Shown here piece by piece: positions 35,701 to 44,319 of a stretch of 53,806 bases of DNA. The notes beneath the pieces are model-generated. The model did not search any database. It saw only the letters and a list, made by a program, of their open reading frames with translations, and was not told where the DNA came from. The first letter of the stretch is position 1. Each line of letters opens with the position of its first letter. The translations under genes were made by a program, and so were the position numbers. The DNA comes from Nemertoderma westbladi (taxonomy: Eukaryota; Animalia; Xenacoelomorpha): assembly GCA_032718475.1 (NCBI GenBank), contig JAUCBJ010008970.1, forward strand, positions 1 through 53,806, read 5' to 3'.

Positions 35701-38700
35701 TGTCATCCGCAGTGGTACGGACCACTGAGCAGGCGTTTGAAGGGCTTGATATAATCCCAAAAGCCTGGATGGTCATCCAGTACTCTACCGGTTTCTGGTT
35801 GAGATCTCCTTCAGGCCACCACAGGAATCTTAGGCTGTCTCTATCACGATCCAACGCCTTGACTTGTAGGAACATTCCTTCTATATCGGAGGCGAACGCG
35901 ATGGAATATTGTCTTAATCTCAACAGTATCCCCAACAAAGATTGGAGCAAGTTGGGTCCTGGTAACAACTCGGAATTAAGGGATTGGCCCATATATAGGG
36001 CGGAGCCATCAAATACAACCCGTACTTCATGGGGTTTACCGGGTTTGGGAACATAATGATGTGTTAGATAATAAGTCCTTTCAGTTATTGGAGTTCCTTC
36101 CGGTACTCGCTCCGCATATCCCTTTGTGATAAATTTCTTCAACTGAGTTTGGTACATTTCCTTAGCTGAAGCGTTTGCCGTAAGACGTCGATGTAATTGA
36201 TTGATTCTTTTCTCAGCCAAGGGTCTGTTATTTATAAATCTGGGTTCACGTTTTCGGAAGGGTAGTCCGATTTCATATCTACCTTGATCTTTTAAAAAAC
36301 GTGTGGTTGTTTCCTGGATTTGCTTGGCTCTTTCTTCTTCTATTGACAGGGCTTTGTCGTATGAATTGGGTTCTACCAATTCTTGGGTAAAGAATCGTAT
36401 GGCGAGTTCGTCCCGAGTTCTAGCGTTGTAGCGCTCTACCTCGTCATTAAGTTCGTCATTATAAATAATGGATTCCGTTGGGCAAATCAGTTGACATAGG
36501 TTCGTTTGGTTTTTCCAAGTTTGGTTTTCGGTAAGTAGGTCAAATGTGTTCTCTTCTTCGAAGAGTTGGTAGATGTCGTCATTATCCGAGGAGTATGGTG
36601 TTCCCTCAGTTAGTTCGTCCACCTCGCTGCTTTCCTCTTCCCAATCGCTTACCTGATATATTTGTTCGTGGGGCATTCTCTCTTCTAGAGTTCTACGGGA
36701 AGGGCCAGTAAAGTACCAACCTACTCTAGTTCTTACCGCATAAGTTTGCAGTGGCTGTGGTTGAGCAGGCCGTTTCTCTAATGTTTCGAGCGCCTCATGC
36801 GCGTTTTGGCCGATAAGTATTTGCACTCCAGGATAGTCTGTCTGGAATCGAGGTATCTTAAGATGTTGGACGCTCTCATCCTCGTCCCAATTGTAAAGGT
36901 CTGCTTGGGTAGTAGCGAAGTTCCTTATAGCCACCATTTTTACTGACCTTACACCTTGTGTTCCTAACTTATCCTGGGGGGTGGACAACACACCTACATA
37001 GTAATCTGCCGTCAGGGTAGATTTCCAAACCTGCATAATTCCTGACATGTTCAATTTAGTCCAGAACTTGGGTTGTCCAGCAAAGATATCTTCGGCTAGT
37101 TCTTGATCGATGAAGGTTCCTGTGCTGCCTGAGTCAAGTAGGGCGTTCACTATGTAGCTTTTGTTAATACCGTGAACTCTTACCTGAACTACAGGAAATT
37201 CTCTGATTCCTACGTTGGAAGTTGGAGCTTTCCAAGATGATTGTTTGGTAAAAATAGTAGGGGGAAACTCCTCGTTGATGTCCTTTTCGTAAGTAAGTGC
37301 TCGATACACCGTGGTGTTTATTAGATAACAGGATTCATTGGCGTCGGAGAATTCGTCAGTATAGAATCCTTCCATCTCAGACTCCTGATCAGTGTCGTTT
37401 ACATCACTGAATTGGACATGTAGTTCGGACTCACTTACCTGACTCGGCTTGTCCCGTTCGAACTCACTATGTAACAAGATGTGATGTTTCGCACCACACT
37501 TTTCACACTTTATGTCGGAGTAACAGGTTCGCCGTTGGTGTCCTGGTCTGAGGCAATTATAGCATAACCGCTTGTCCCACACAACTGTACGTCTGTCTAC
37601 AAGGGATTTCTTTAGAAATTCCGCACACGCACTCAAACGGTGAGTCCCGTCGCACAGCGCACAGTTAGGTTTTATGTTACTTACTTTCACTTGGGTAGTC
37701 TGATGCACTCTCGTTCTTTCTTCGGGCTTTCTTCCGCGCATTCTGCTAGGAGACTGAGGAGGGGTCTTAGTAACTTGTTCTCTCCTATTATTGGTTTGAG
37801 CTTTGTATTTACTTACGTCCTTGGAGGTTTTGTCAACATAATACGATCGATCTGTATCTTTCCCGCTGTCCTCTTCTTGGGAAGCTTGGCTTTCGCCGTC
37901 GTCAGTGTAACACACCGGTGTTACTCTTCTCCTAGAAGTGGGTTTCTCACTTACCTTATTTTCCGATGTTTTCTCTCTGGACTGCTTGATAAGTTGTAGT
38001 TTGACTTCACCATCTAAGAAAGACATGAGATCAGCCATAGTAGGACTTCGTCGTTGTTGTTCATTCATGTACAACACTTTCTTGTCCCAGCGTGTACATA
38101 CTCCACCCTTTGGTAAAGTAGAGACTACGGCTCCAATAACCATGGAACTCTGGTATTCGTGCGACTTACCTAACCAGTCCAGTTGTCTACAGATCTCTTG
38201 AATTTCATCGGAAAACTCTATAATCCCACTACTAAGGAAGTGTCGGGGGGCTACTAATTTTGCATACAAATACTTAGCTATGTTATCCTTATTACCATAC
38301 CTGATGTTTAATGTATCCCAAACTTGTCTTAATCCTTCTGGATGTCCAATAAACTTTAACGCCATTAACTTGGGAGGTCCTTCCAAACACTTGATGAGGA
38401 ATCTAAGTTTCTCTCCGTTAGATAGTACAGAGTTCTGTATGCTATCTTTGTAATATTCGTTGAAAGGTAACCATTTCATTTCGTCTCCATTGAATTTGAC
38501 GATCTCTCCCACTTTGACCGCTTGGCGGGCTTCTGTTCTAGCCATCTGACGCGTAAAGCTTTCTTGGGCCATCGTGTTATTTAATATCGAATTATCGGTA
38601 TATAAATTTCTCGGATCATTATCAGGTCTATAGGGAATATCATTAATAACAGGTCTATAATCACCCTTAATAGGGTTTGTTATAGGAGTTTCAACTTCAC

Positions 38701-40927
38701 TAGCAGTATAGATGCGTGTAGGCTCCACACCTTGCGCATGTAGTACTTCAGACCTAACAGGTTGACACAATGTTACAGGGGGTATTGGTATGCCTTTTTG
38801 TATATTGACTAATTTGTCGCGTTCTAGCGCGATACTTTGCTGCACTTCTTGCAACTCTGCTCTACCTTCCCTCACTGTTCCCTTAAGTTGGTGGACAGTC
38901 TCCTGCATCTGTCCCAGCAGGAGATTCATCCCCCGCCGTCCCTCTTCCACCCACTCAACCGCCGAAGCGGGAGTCGCCAACATAGTAGCGGGCTGACGCG
39001 GGACGACGGGAGACAAATTATTGATTTCTCTCTCTGCTATCTGGACAGGGGTATTTGCTTGGACTGTTCCACCGGGTACAGGCAGTGTAGTACTATGTAA
39101 AGGGAATTTAGAGTTAAGCTCTGGAAGTGTAGGGGTCTCTAGCACAGAAGTGACTTTGGGAACAACAGGCCTAATTATTTCAGGTTCATCGACTATAGTA
39201 GGGAGTCTTTTGACCTGGATAAATTGTTCTATGGGTTCTGCACTACCTAAGTCTGTGCTAGTTAGCTGTCTTTTAACAGCTGGGGGCAAATCAGGCAATT
39301 TGCGACGGTAATATGTTTTTCTACGCCTACTTAGATGAGATCTATTTCCTCCGCCTTCAGGATCGGTAGTATCGCCTTCCTCCGAGGATGTGTATCCCTG
39401 GCGCTTGGGAGTAGATTTTCTCATCATCTGCATTTGATTAGCAGTAAACTGTTTATTTATACTGTCTTGTGTCTCTTGCAGATTTTCCAACTCCAGTTGG
39501 GTAGTCTGCTCAGATGCTCTCCTTTCTGCTTCTGCCACTGCCTTTGCTGCTTTTCTTTCTGCTTCTGCATCTGCTGCCGCTGCCTTTCTTTCTGCTTCTG
39601 CTTCTGCCGCAGCCACCGCCTTTGCTGCTTTTCTTTCTGCTTCTGCATCTGCCATAGCCGCCGCCTTTGCTGCTTTTCTTTCTGCTTCTGCATCTGCCAT
39701 AGCCGCCGCCTTTGCTGCTTTTCTTTCTGCTTCTGCATCTGCCATAGCCGCCGCCTTTTGTTCCTCTATCCTTCTTTTCTTTATTTGTTCTTCTCGGACT
39801 CTAGTGAGACGGAGTTTTTCATCACATTCAGCTTGGTTTGCAGCTAGCATTTCGGCATCGATTGAGTCCAATACAAGCTTGGTTCCTTCACTATTAGGGG
39901 AAAGTCCAGACAGCCGTCTCCTCAACTCTTCGTCTCCTAGGAATCGCTGATAGTCGGACAAATAAATGTCGATAGCGTCTCTAGTTCGCGGTTTCTCGGC
40001 GGCCTCTTCGCTTTCCGCTTGAGGAAGGGTAACATCAGTTGGTTCTTCATAAGTTGATCTCTCAGCCAGCTGGGATTTCCACTGGGCCGTTTCCTGTACT
40101 TTGAGATCTACCCGATGTAGCCAAGTTTTTACAGCAACCTGCAGCGACGTGTCCTGTCTTCTTTTGGAAGTTTCCTCAAAGGCTGAGAGGATTAGTCGTA
40201 TGCGTAGGGTTCTTTCCCGTATTTGATATAGCAACTCTTCCTGCTCTTGAGGTCCGTGAGGTTGTCGAAACAGTTGTTCTTCCAATCGATCCAAAGATCC
40301 GAAGAATCCCTGCACATATCCTGCTGCCGACCTCTTCCAAACAGCTGGATCCATTGTATCTTTAGCCACTCCCATCCTGTGTATATCTTCCCAAGTAGCC
40401 TCGGACAGATCCAACGGAAGTCCGAGTCCGGGAAAGTTCCATTGTGATTCAACAATAGATATCAATTCTTCCCTGGCGTATCCCGCGTAATTATCTTGGG
40501 TCGCTCGCTTATTCTTCGCCCAGTCGGCTTGATGTTCCTCCACCGCAATGAATATAGTAGTTAGCACTGCAGCAGGAAGAGTAAGAAGGGGGTCCGAGTA
40601 GACTGTATCAGCCATCTGCACTCCATGTTCGGGAGTCAACTCTACAGTATCCGAACTGCTGGAGCTATCGGGTCGCTGGGAAGTAGGTTCTTGACCAAGA
40701 TGTTGCTGCGATAGGACAACTGCCTCTTGGTCCCGTTTTACCTGTGCCCGAGTGCCTATGATGGACCTATGGTGGACTAGCCTAGGGTCTGATACTACTG
40801 GAGGGATGACCTTTTTTACAGTAGGAGGTGAGCCGAACTCCTTTCTTATTCGCTCCACACTCCTATCTGAATCACAGATAGTTGTATCGATCAGACTGTC
40901 TGACAGGTTTTGCTGAGTGTCAGACAT
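32765..40927 (-). CDS. BEL/Pao gag-pol polyprotein (2720 aa, intact)
   Basis: Gag core (KFNGDEMKWLPF...EKLRFLIKCLEG); three knuckles (CALCDGTH...C, CYNCLRPGH...C, CEKCGAKHHILLH); protease ALLDSGS; RT (RVVFDGS, DIEGMFLQV, YMDD); RNase H (FGDAS, PRAEL, WTDA, NPADIASRG); integrase (HHCC, GVDLFGP, SDKGTNF, GGSWERL); BEL-type C-terminus (YLPTLQLRTKW...DGLVRSV...RPVGRLCLL). Confidence 0.98.
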   Translation of the reverse strand: MSDTQQNLSDSLIDTTICDSDRSVERIRKEFGSPPTVKKVIPPVVSDPRLVHHRSIIGTRAQVKRDQEAVVLSQQHLGQEPTSQRPDSSSSSDTVELTPEHGVQMADTVYSDPLLTLPAAVLTTIFIAVEEHQADWAKNKRATQDNYAGYAREELISIVESQWNFPGLGLPLDLSEATWEDIHRMGVAKDTMDPAVWKRSAAGYVQGFFGSLDRLEEQLFRQPHGPQEQEELLYQIRERTLRIRLILSAFEETSKRRQDTSLQVAVKTWLHRVDLKVQETAQWKSQLAERSTYEEPTDVTLPQAESEEAAEKPRTRDAIDIYLSDYQRFLGDEELRRRLSGLSPNSEGTKLVLDSIDAEMLAANQAECDEKLRLTRVREEQIKKRRIEEQKAAAMADAEAERKAAKAAAMADAEAERKAAKAAAMADAEAERKAAKAVAAAEAEAERKAAAADAEAERKAAKAVAEAERRASEQTTQLELENLQETQDSINKQFTANQMQMMRKSTPKRQGYTSSEEGDTTDPEGGGNRSHLSRRRKTYYRRKLPDLPPAVKRQLTSTDLGSAEPIEQFIQVKRLPTIVDEPEIIRPVVPKVTSVLETPTLPELNSKFPLHSTTLPVPGGTVQANTPVQIAEREINNLSPVVPRQPATMLATPASAVEWVEEGRRGMNLLLGQMQETVHQLKGTVREGRAELQEVQQSIALERDKLVNIQKGIPIPPVTLCQPVRSEVLHAQGVEPTRIYTASEVETPITNPIKGDYRPVINDIPYRPDNDPRNLYTDNSILNNTMAQESFTRQMARTEARQAVKVGEIVKFNGDEMKWLPFNEYYKDSIQNSVLSNGEKLRFLIKCLEGPPKLMALKFIGHPEGLRQVWDTLNIRYGNKDNIAKYLYAKLVAPRHFLSSGIIEFSDEIQEICRQLDWLGKSHEYQSSMVIGAVVSTLPKGGVCTRWDKKVLYMNEQQRRSPTMADLMSFLDGEVKLQLIKQSREKTSENKVSEKPTSRRRVTPVCYTDDGESQASQEEDSGKDTDRSYYVDKTSKDVSKYKAQTNNRREQVTKTPPQSPSRMRGRKPEERTRVHQTTQVKVSNIKPNCALCDGTHRLSACAEFLKKSLVDRRTVVWDKRLCYNCLRPGHQRRTCYSDIKCEKCGAKHHILLHSEFERDKPSQVSESELHVQFSDVNDTDQESEMEGFYTDEFSDANESCYLINTTVYRALTYEKDINEEFPPTIFTKQSSWKAPTSNVGIREFPVVQVRVHGINKSYIVNALLDSGSTGTFIDQELAEDIFAGQPKFWTKLNMSGIMQVWKSTLTADYYVGVLSTPQDKLGTQGVRSVKMVAIRNFATTQADLYNWDEDESVQHLKIPRFQTDYPGVQILIGQNAHEALETLEKRPAQPQPLQTYAVRTRVGWYFTGPSRRTLEERMPHEQIYQVSDWEEESSEVDELTEGTPYSSDNDDIYQLFEEENTFDLLTENQTWKNQTNLCQLICPTESIIYNDELNDEVERYNARTRDELAIRFFTQELVEPNSYDKALSIEEERAKQIQETTTRFLKDQGRYEIGLPFRKREPRFINNRPLAEKRINQLHRRLTANASAKEMYQTQLKKFITKGYAERVPEGTPITERTYYLTHHYVPKPGKPHEVRVVFDGSALYMGQSLNSELLPGPNLLQSLLGILLRLRQYSIAFASDIEGMFLQVKALDRDRDSLRFLWWPEGDLNQKPVEYWMTIQAFGIISSPSNACSVVRTTADDNRDAFSKEVIDNIKRDIYMDDNLKSLPSVKEAIDVAKGTVECLKRGGFRLTKFTSNCREFLEAISVEDRGSKDLDLIHDDLPETKTLGLKWDTERDILFFQLKQRDNPVRTKRICLSILSTYFDPLGFISPVILIARSLVQQMWLENHSWDDPLKGELLKKWMKWEDSLPAIENFIISRSYFGHVLPTYSYQLHVFGDASDMGIGIVAYLRVETPDGIKVALVTSKALINNKLKVPRAELKAALYATAIGRNVTEQIDYPLEKIVYWTDALLVLEYITNEVCQFSIFVTNRVAIILSRTTIDQWRHCPGTINPADIASRGATPQELIDTPDWLGGPDFLSKEEDEWPPHLTTAEIRQAKGAEKVKPKIRTSKSKLFKPTIDLSVLHTAENDTSDPQSLATNKSVVEIRDRDWKSEIPDVSQGISPLLQRALHHYSSWNRLCKAITYLKRCFHHHYSRKKTTSDPAPVTSAQVHVIKDLPKYKISDRFLKEKISYQEHEETNKQLLRLLQCYEDSDRYFLLLRNPQMRLRDRFSSTMIDGLIRVGGRLTNAPLSFDTKFPILISNLEVQIKMIVDVHSKLYHAGRERVLSEIRTRYYFHKPRRALNQVLRNCIPCRKVFSRPLTQREAELPRERVSFYEPPFTNTGVDLFGPIEVYRARTIIKRWCVIFVCMTCRAIHLDMVNDLSTNSFVLCLRRQIARFGTSNTMRSDKGTNFIGANNEIQAYVKDWNQRQVDDQLRITASSWTFNAADAPWWGGSWERLIRSVKTAFHFIVPCRAYLTDELLRTLMEEIAAYLNERPLMPVSSSIDSLEALTPAHFLLKKPVAMLPQSEIADGDEYCRRTWQLMQLLSRRFADHFEKHYLPTLQLRTKWFAQQENVSAGDMVLIVDPDLPRRRWQIGRIIETHISEDGLVRSVELVVMRRNFKKPGIIFETQQLNRPVGRLCLLERDRELSGNYGRQDTLPTTTSLIPQTSRGSST
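39520..39760 (-). repeat. In-frame 45-bp coding tandem repeat (AAAMADAEAERKAAK) in the Gag N-terminal extension
   Basis: Three near-perfect units plus about three degenerate units, all preserving the reading frame. Confidence 0.9.
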
Positions 40928-41054
40928 GTTTAGTTATACAGTTGAATGTCTACTACTATAGTTTCAGTTAAAGCAAGTCTAGTAATTCAGTATGACCGCA
41001 AGCCTAGCGATTTATTACCGGTACCGTTACTCGGTGTAACGTGATATATATACA

Positions 41055-41310
41055 ATATATTAGAATACCGGTATGCTTATAATATATAAGTATTATTACA
41101 GACTAGATTTGTCACAGAGTACCGGTATATAATTTTAGCACAAATATATATATATATATATAGTAGGCCTATAATGAATACCGGTATACAGCTTACACTT
41201 ATAGCATATAAGTATAATTATGAACTAGAATTAATTACAGAGTACCGGTATGATTTCAGCTCAAATTTATAGAAATAAATATAATAAGCCTATAGTAAGT
41301 ACCGGTATGT
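41055..41310. repeat. Degenerate tandem duplication (about 115-125 bp) punctuated by TACCGGTA in the 5' leader
   Basis: TACCGGTA at 41066, 41120, 41179, 41243 and 41300 with repeated flanks (ATATAAGTAT, ACTAGA, ACAGAGTACCGGTAT). Confidence 0.7.
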
Positions 41311-42294
41311 CAATTATTTTTAGAATAATTGAATTTCTGAATATTTTAAGGTTACTTAGTTACTTTAACTTACTTTATTACCGTTGTTTAAGCAGTAGTC
41401 CAACTGGTAGTGAGACCTAGTTGTTGTATGACAGGCCTACTATTTATAAATCGTTTGATTTGATTTATAATATTTATATACCCGTTATATGGGTTTTTGT
41501 CAATATTTGAAATAAATGTTATTATTTCTGGGGGAGTCACTACACAGAAGCTGTGCGCTCTCAGTGAAGTGCTATTTATTTGACACTAAAACTGATAATT
41601 CTAATTTACCTAAGTTACTTAATACTACAAATTACTTACGATACGGGTGAGATTAATTCTCTAATTAAACACAACAAAATATTACGTACGAAATTTTTAG
41701 GGTAATTTTACAGGAAGTCTACAAACCAGTCTAACAAAGGGTTAGATTTCTGGTTATTACAATGGACAGGGTACTACGGTATTTAAATAATAAGTAGTAG
41801 TAAATATACTGTACTGTCCAGATAGGAAAATACCACCACCTGACGACCTATAACCGTATCGCTATAGGTACTACGTTATGTATCACGGATTGTTCCTACC
41901 CAGAAGCTAATAGAGCTAACGAATGTGCCTATCAACCACTTTACAACACAAATATACTGCCTACACTAATTACTTCGGAAAGCACTGTACACTAAACCCC
42001 AAATTAGGTACAAGTACCGGTATAACAAATAATCAGTAGTTAAATATACTTGAACAGTTAAAAGAACCACGGCATCTGCTGGAGTGACCGAAGCACAAAA
42101 TCTCCAGTCTTTACCTACGCCGAGCAGCCCTGATGTAGTACCGGGGTTAGTTTAACTATAACGGTATGTATAACAAGCACAATTACTGTAGGAATAAACT
42201 TGGGGACATGAATGTTGCGAATAATCGCATAAACTCTGAATAATAAATATTACGCTACCCGTACAGAATACTCAAACAAAATACAAACTAAACG

Positions 42295-42757
42295 CTGGCA
42301 GACTACTATCAAGCCTAAACAAACTACAGTATGTGCAGATTCTGAAACTGTTAGTTAGTATGCGTTCTAGCACGGTAGTACGACTTATTCTTTAAGAGGG
42401 GATTGACCTTACCGCATATGGCTGCCCCAACTTACTAACGGCACTTTATCAGACCAACTCTACACACGCAGCAATCCCTTCAGGCCTAAGAATAGCTAGA
42501 CAACAATCTAGCCTACAAAATATTTGAGTAATAACTATTACGGTACCTGAACAGACCACACAAACAAACACAGACTAAAACACTGGCAGACTACGATCAA
42601 GCCTAAATAAACTACAGTATATGCAGACTCTGAAACTGTTAGTTAGTATGCGTTCTAACACGGTAGTACGACTTATTCTTTAAGAGGGGATTGACCTTAC
42701 CGCATATGGCTGCCCCAACTTACTAACGGCACTTTATCAGACAAACTCTACACACGC
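42295..42757. repeat. Direct repeat (175-bp core, 288-bp period) in the 5' leader
   Basis: 42295-42469 and 42583-42757 are near-identical. Confidence 0.95.
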
Positions 42758-43096
42758 CGTAATCTCTCCAAACTCAACAACAGTCAGACAGCAGTTCAGC
42801 CTACAATTATTCGAACAATCTGAGCAGACTTACACGTCTTCAGCTCAATATTAACTTACTAGGAAATAAAACCAACAGAAATAAGTAAGCTCCAAAAGAA
42901 ACAAGGGGTGTACAGTCCCTAATCTCTTAAACAGCCTACCGGTATACAATAATCAAAATCGAATAATACCAAATGTACTTGTACAGCAGTACCGGTACCG
43001 GTGATGACAGTTAGGCCTACTGACCTGCAGAAGTACCGGTTCAGTTTTACCAGTCACTACGGTATCTTGCAACCTTATTGCCTACTGCAATAAGAT

Positions 43097-43109
43097 TATA
43101 AACTGTTAC
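43097..43109 (-). other. Primer-binding-site position: non-tRNA type, complementary to the element's own LTR
   Basis: Sense GTAACAGTTTATA abuts the 5' LTR; there is no TGG. It is the exact complement of sense TATAAACTGTTAC at 43876-43864 (also 26369-26357). Confidence 0.7.
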
Positions 43110-44319
43110 TGTTCGCGCTTTTGAAGACCTTTAGCAGTTTAACCTGCCAAAATTTATATGCCTTTTAGTTAATTAAAACACCTTTAGCATACGACAACAA
43201 TTTATGCTAATACACAAAACATTAGCCGAAGTCAGCCCATGCGCGATCATTCACCCGATGGATCTACACCCGGGAGGCTGAATTCGGATGCTTAAATTTT
43301 ATTATTGCAGTGTAAGGTTGCAGCGTAAACTTACTGTATTATTCGATAGATCGTTGATAATTAATTCCTGACAGATATTATTGGCTTTCGGGAAATATTA
43401 ACAGTTCCTTTAGGACGTGGCGCTCTATCTATTTAAACAGAACTAAGACTTATACTAAAACGCAACGATACCGCTTATGATTAAAGTATAAAGCGTATTC
43501 TTTAGGAAATACTTTGTTACCAATCACAATCATACACACTATTCTGCCGACCGTCAGTATATTTGATCACACATAAAGAGAGCAGCAATTGACTCATGTA
43601 GGGTCTGCTAAATAACATTAGATTCAATACACACCACATTAATATAAATCGCAATTGTTATGTATAGCCGGTCTCTCTAACCTGTAGTGTATCAAGAAAA
43701 TTGGGAAATTTGGGTGATTTATCCGTATTATCCAAAGAACAATATTTCCATCAACAAATAGGTACAATTAATAACTGACGGTAAATAACAGTACAAACAA
43801 TATAATTAATAGTGAATTAAGATTGATTAGTTAAGTAAGTGAGTAGTTAGTTAGTTCGATTCGGTAACAGTTTATACTTTCGATAATTTAAGCAGTTTTA
43901 CTAGAGTTCTTCCCAAAAGCCGGTGTTATGGCGAAAAATGGGAACATAACAACAGAATCATATAAAATCATATGACTACTACCACTATACGAGTATACCA
44001 AAAACTCTTATTCCACGAAGCCCCGTTCAACACAGAGGATGAGCATAGAGATAGGAAATTCAGTTCAGTAACGCTGGGATAGGTCGAAATCAACGCCTAC
44101 GCAAATTCTATTGGCCGACACGAACAGCAAGGCTAAGGCAACCTCTCTAAGCTAGTTGGCCGATTAAACTGAGCCCAGATATCTCCGTACAGCACATCAG
44201 CCAATAAGCTGGTAGCTTGCACTATTTTAGTTATAAATCCCTTTGAGAGTATTCTAGCGACTGGGGGGGAACTGGCCAGCAAAGGCAAATGTATCAGTTA
44301 TCCCACAAAAGCTTTTACA
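43110..44319 (-). repeat. 5' LTR (1210 bp)
   Basis: Direct repeat of 25623-26812 with roughly 20 small differences plus one divergent AT-rich block at about 43800-43862. Confidence 0.97.

Larger units (their letters stand above)
25623..44319 (-). mobile_element. Full-length BEL/Pao (Belpaoviridae) LTR retrotransposon, 18.7 kb, with an extra 3' ORF
   Basis: Two roughly 1.2-kb TG...CA LTRs in direct orientation, intact gag-PR-RT-RH-IN ORF with BEL-type motifs, PPT next to the 3' LTR. No TSD (left flank CCCTG, right flank AATGG). Confidence 0.97.

Noticed and set aside
33546-40447. Numerous short antisense or alternate-frame ORFs overlapping gag-pol (e.g. 35424-36056, 39335-39847)
   Set aside because: Shadow ORFs of a long coding sequence and of the 45-bp repeat; no recognisable motifs.
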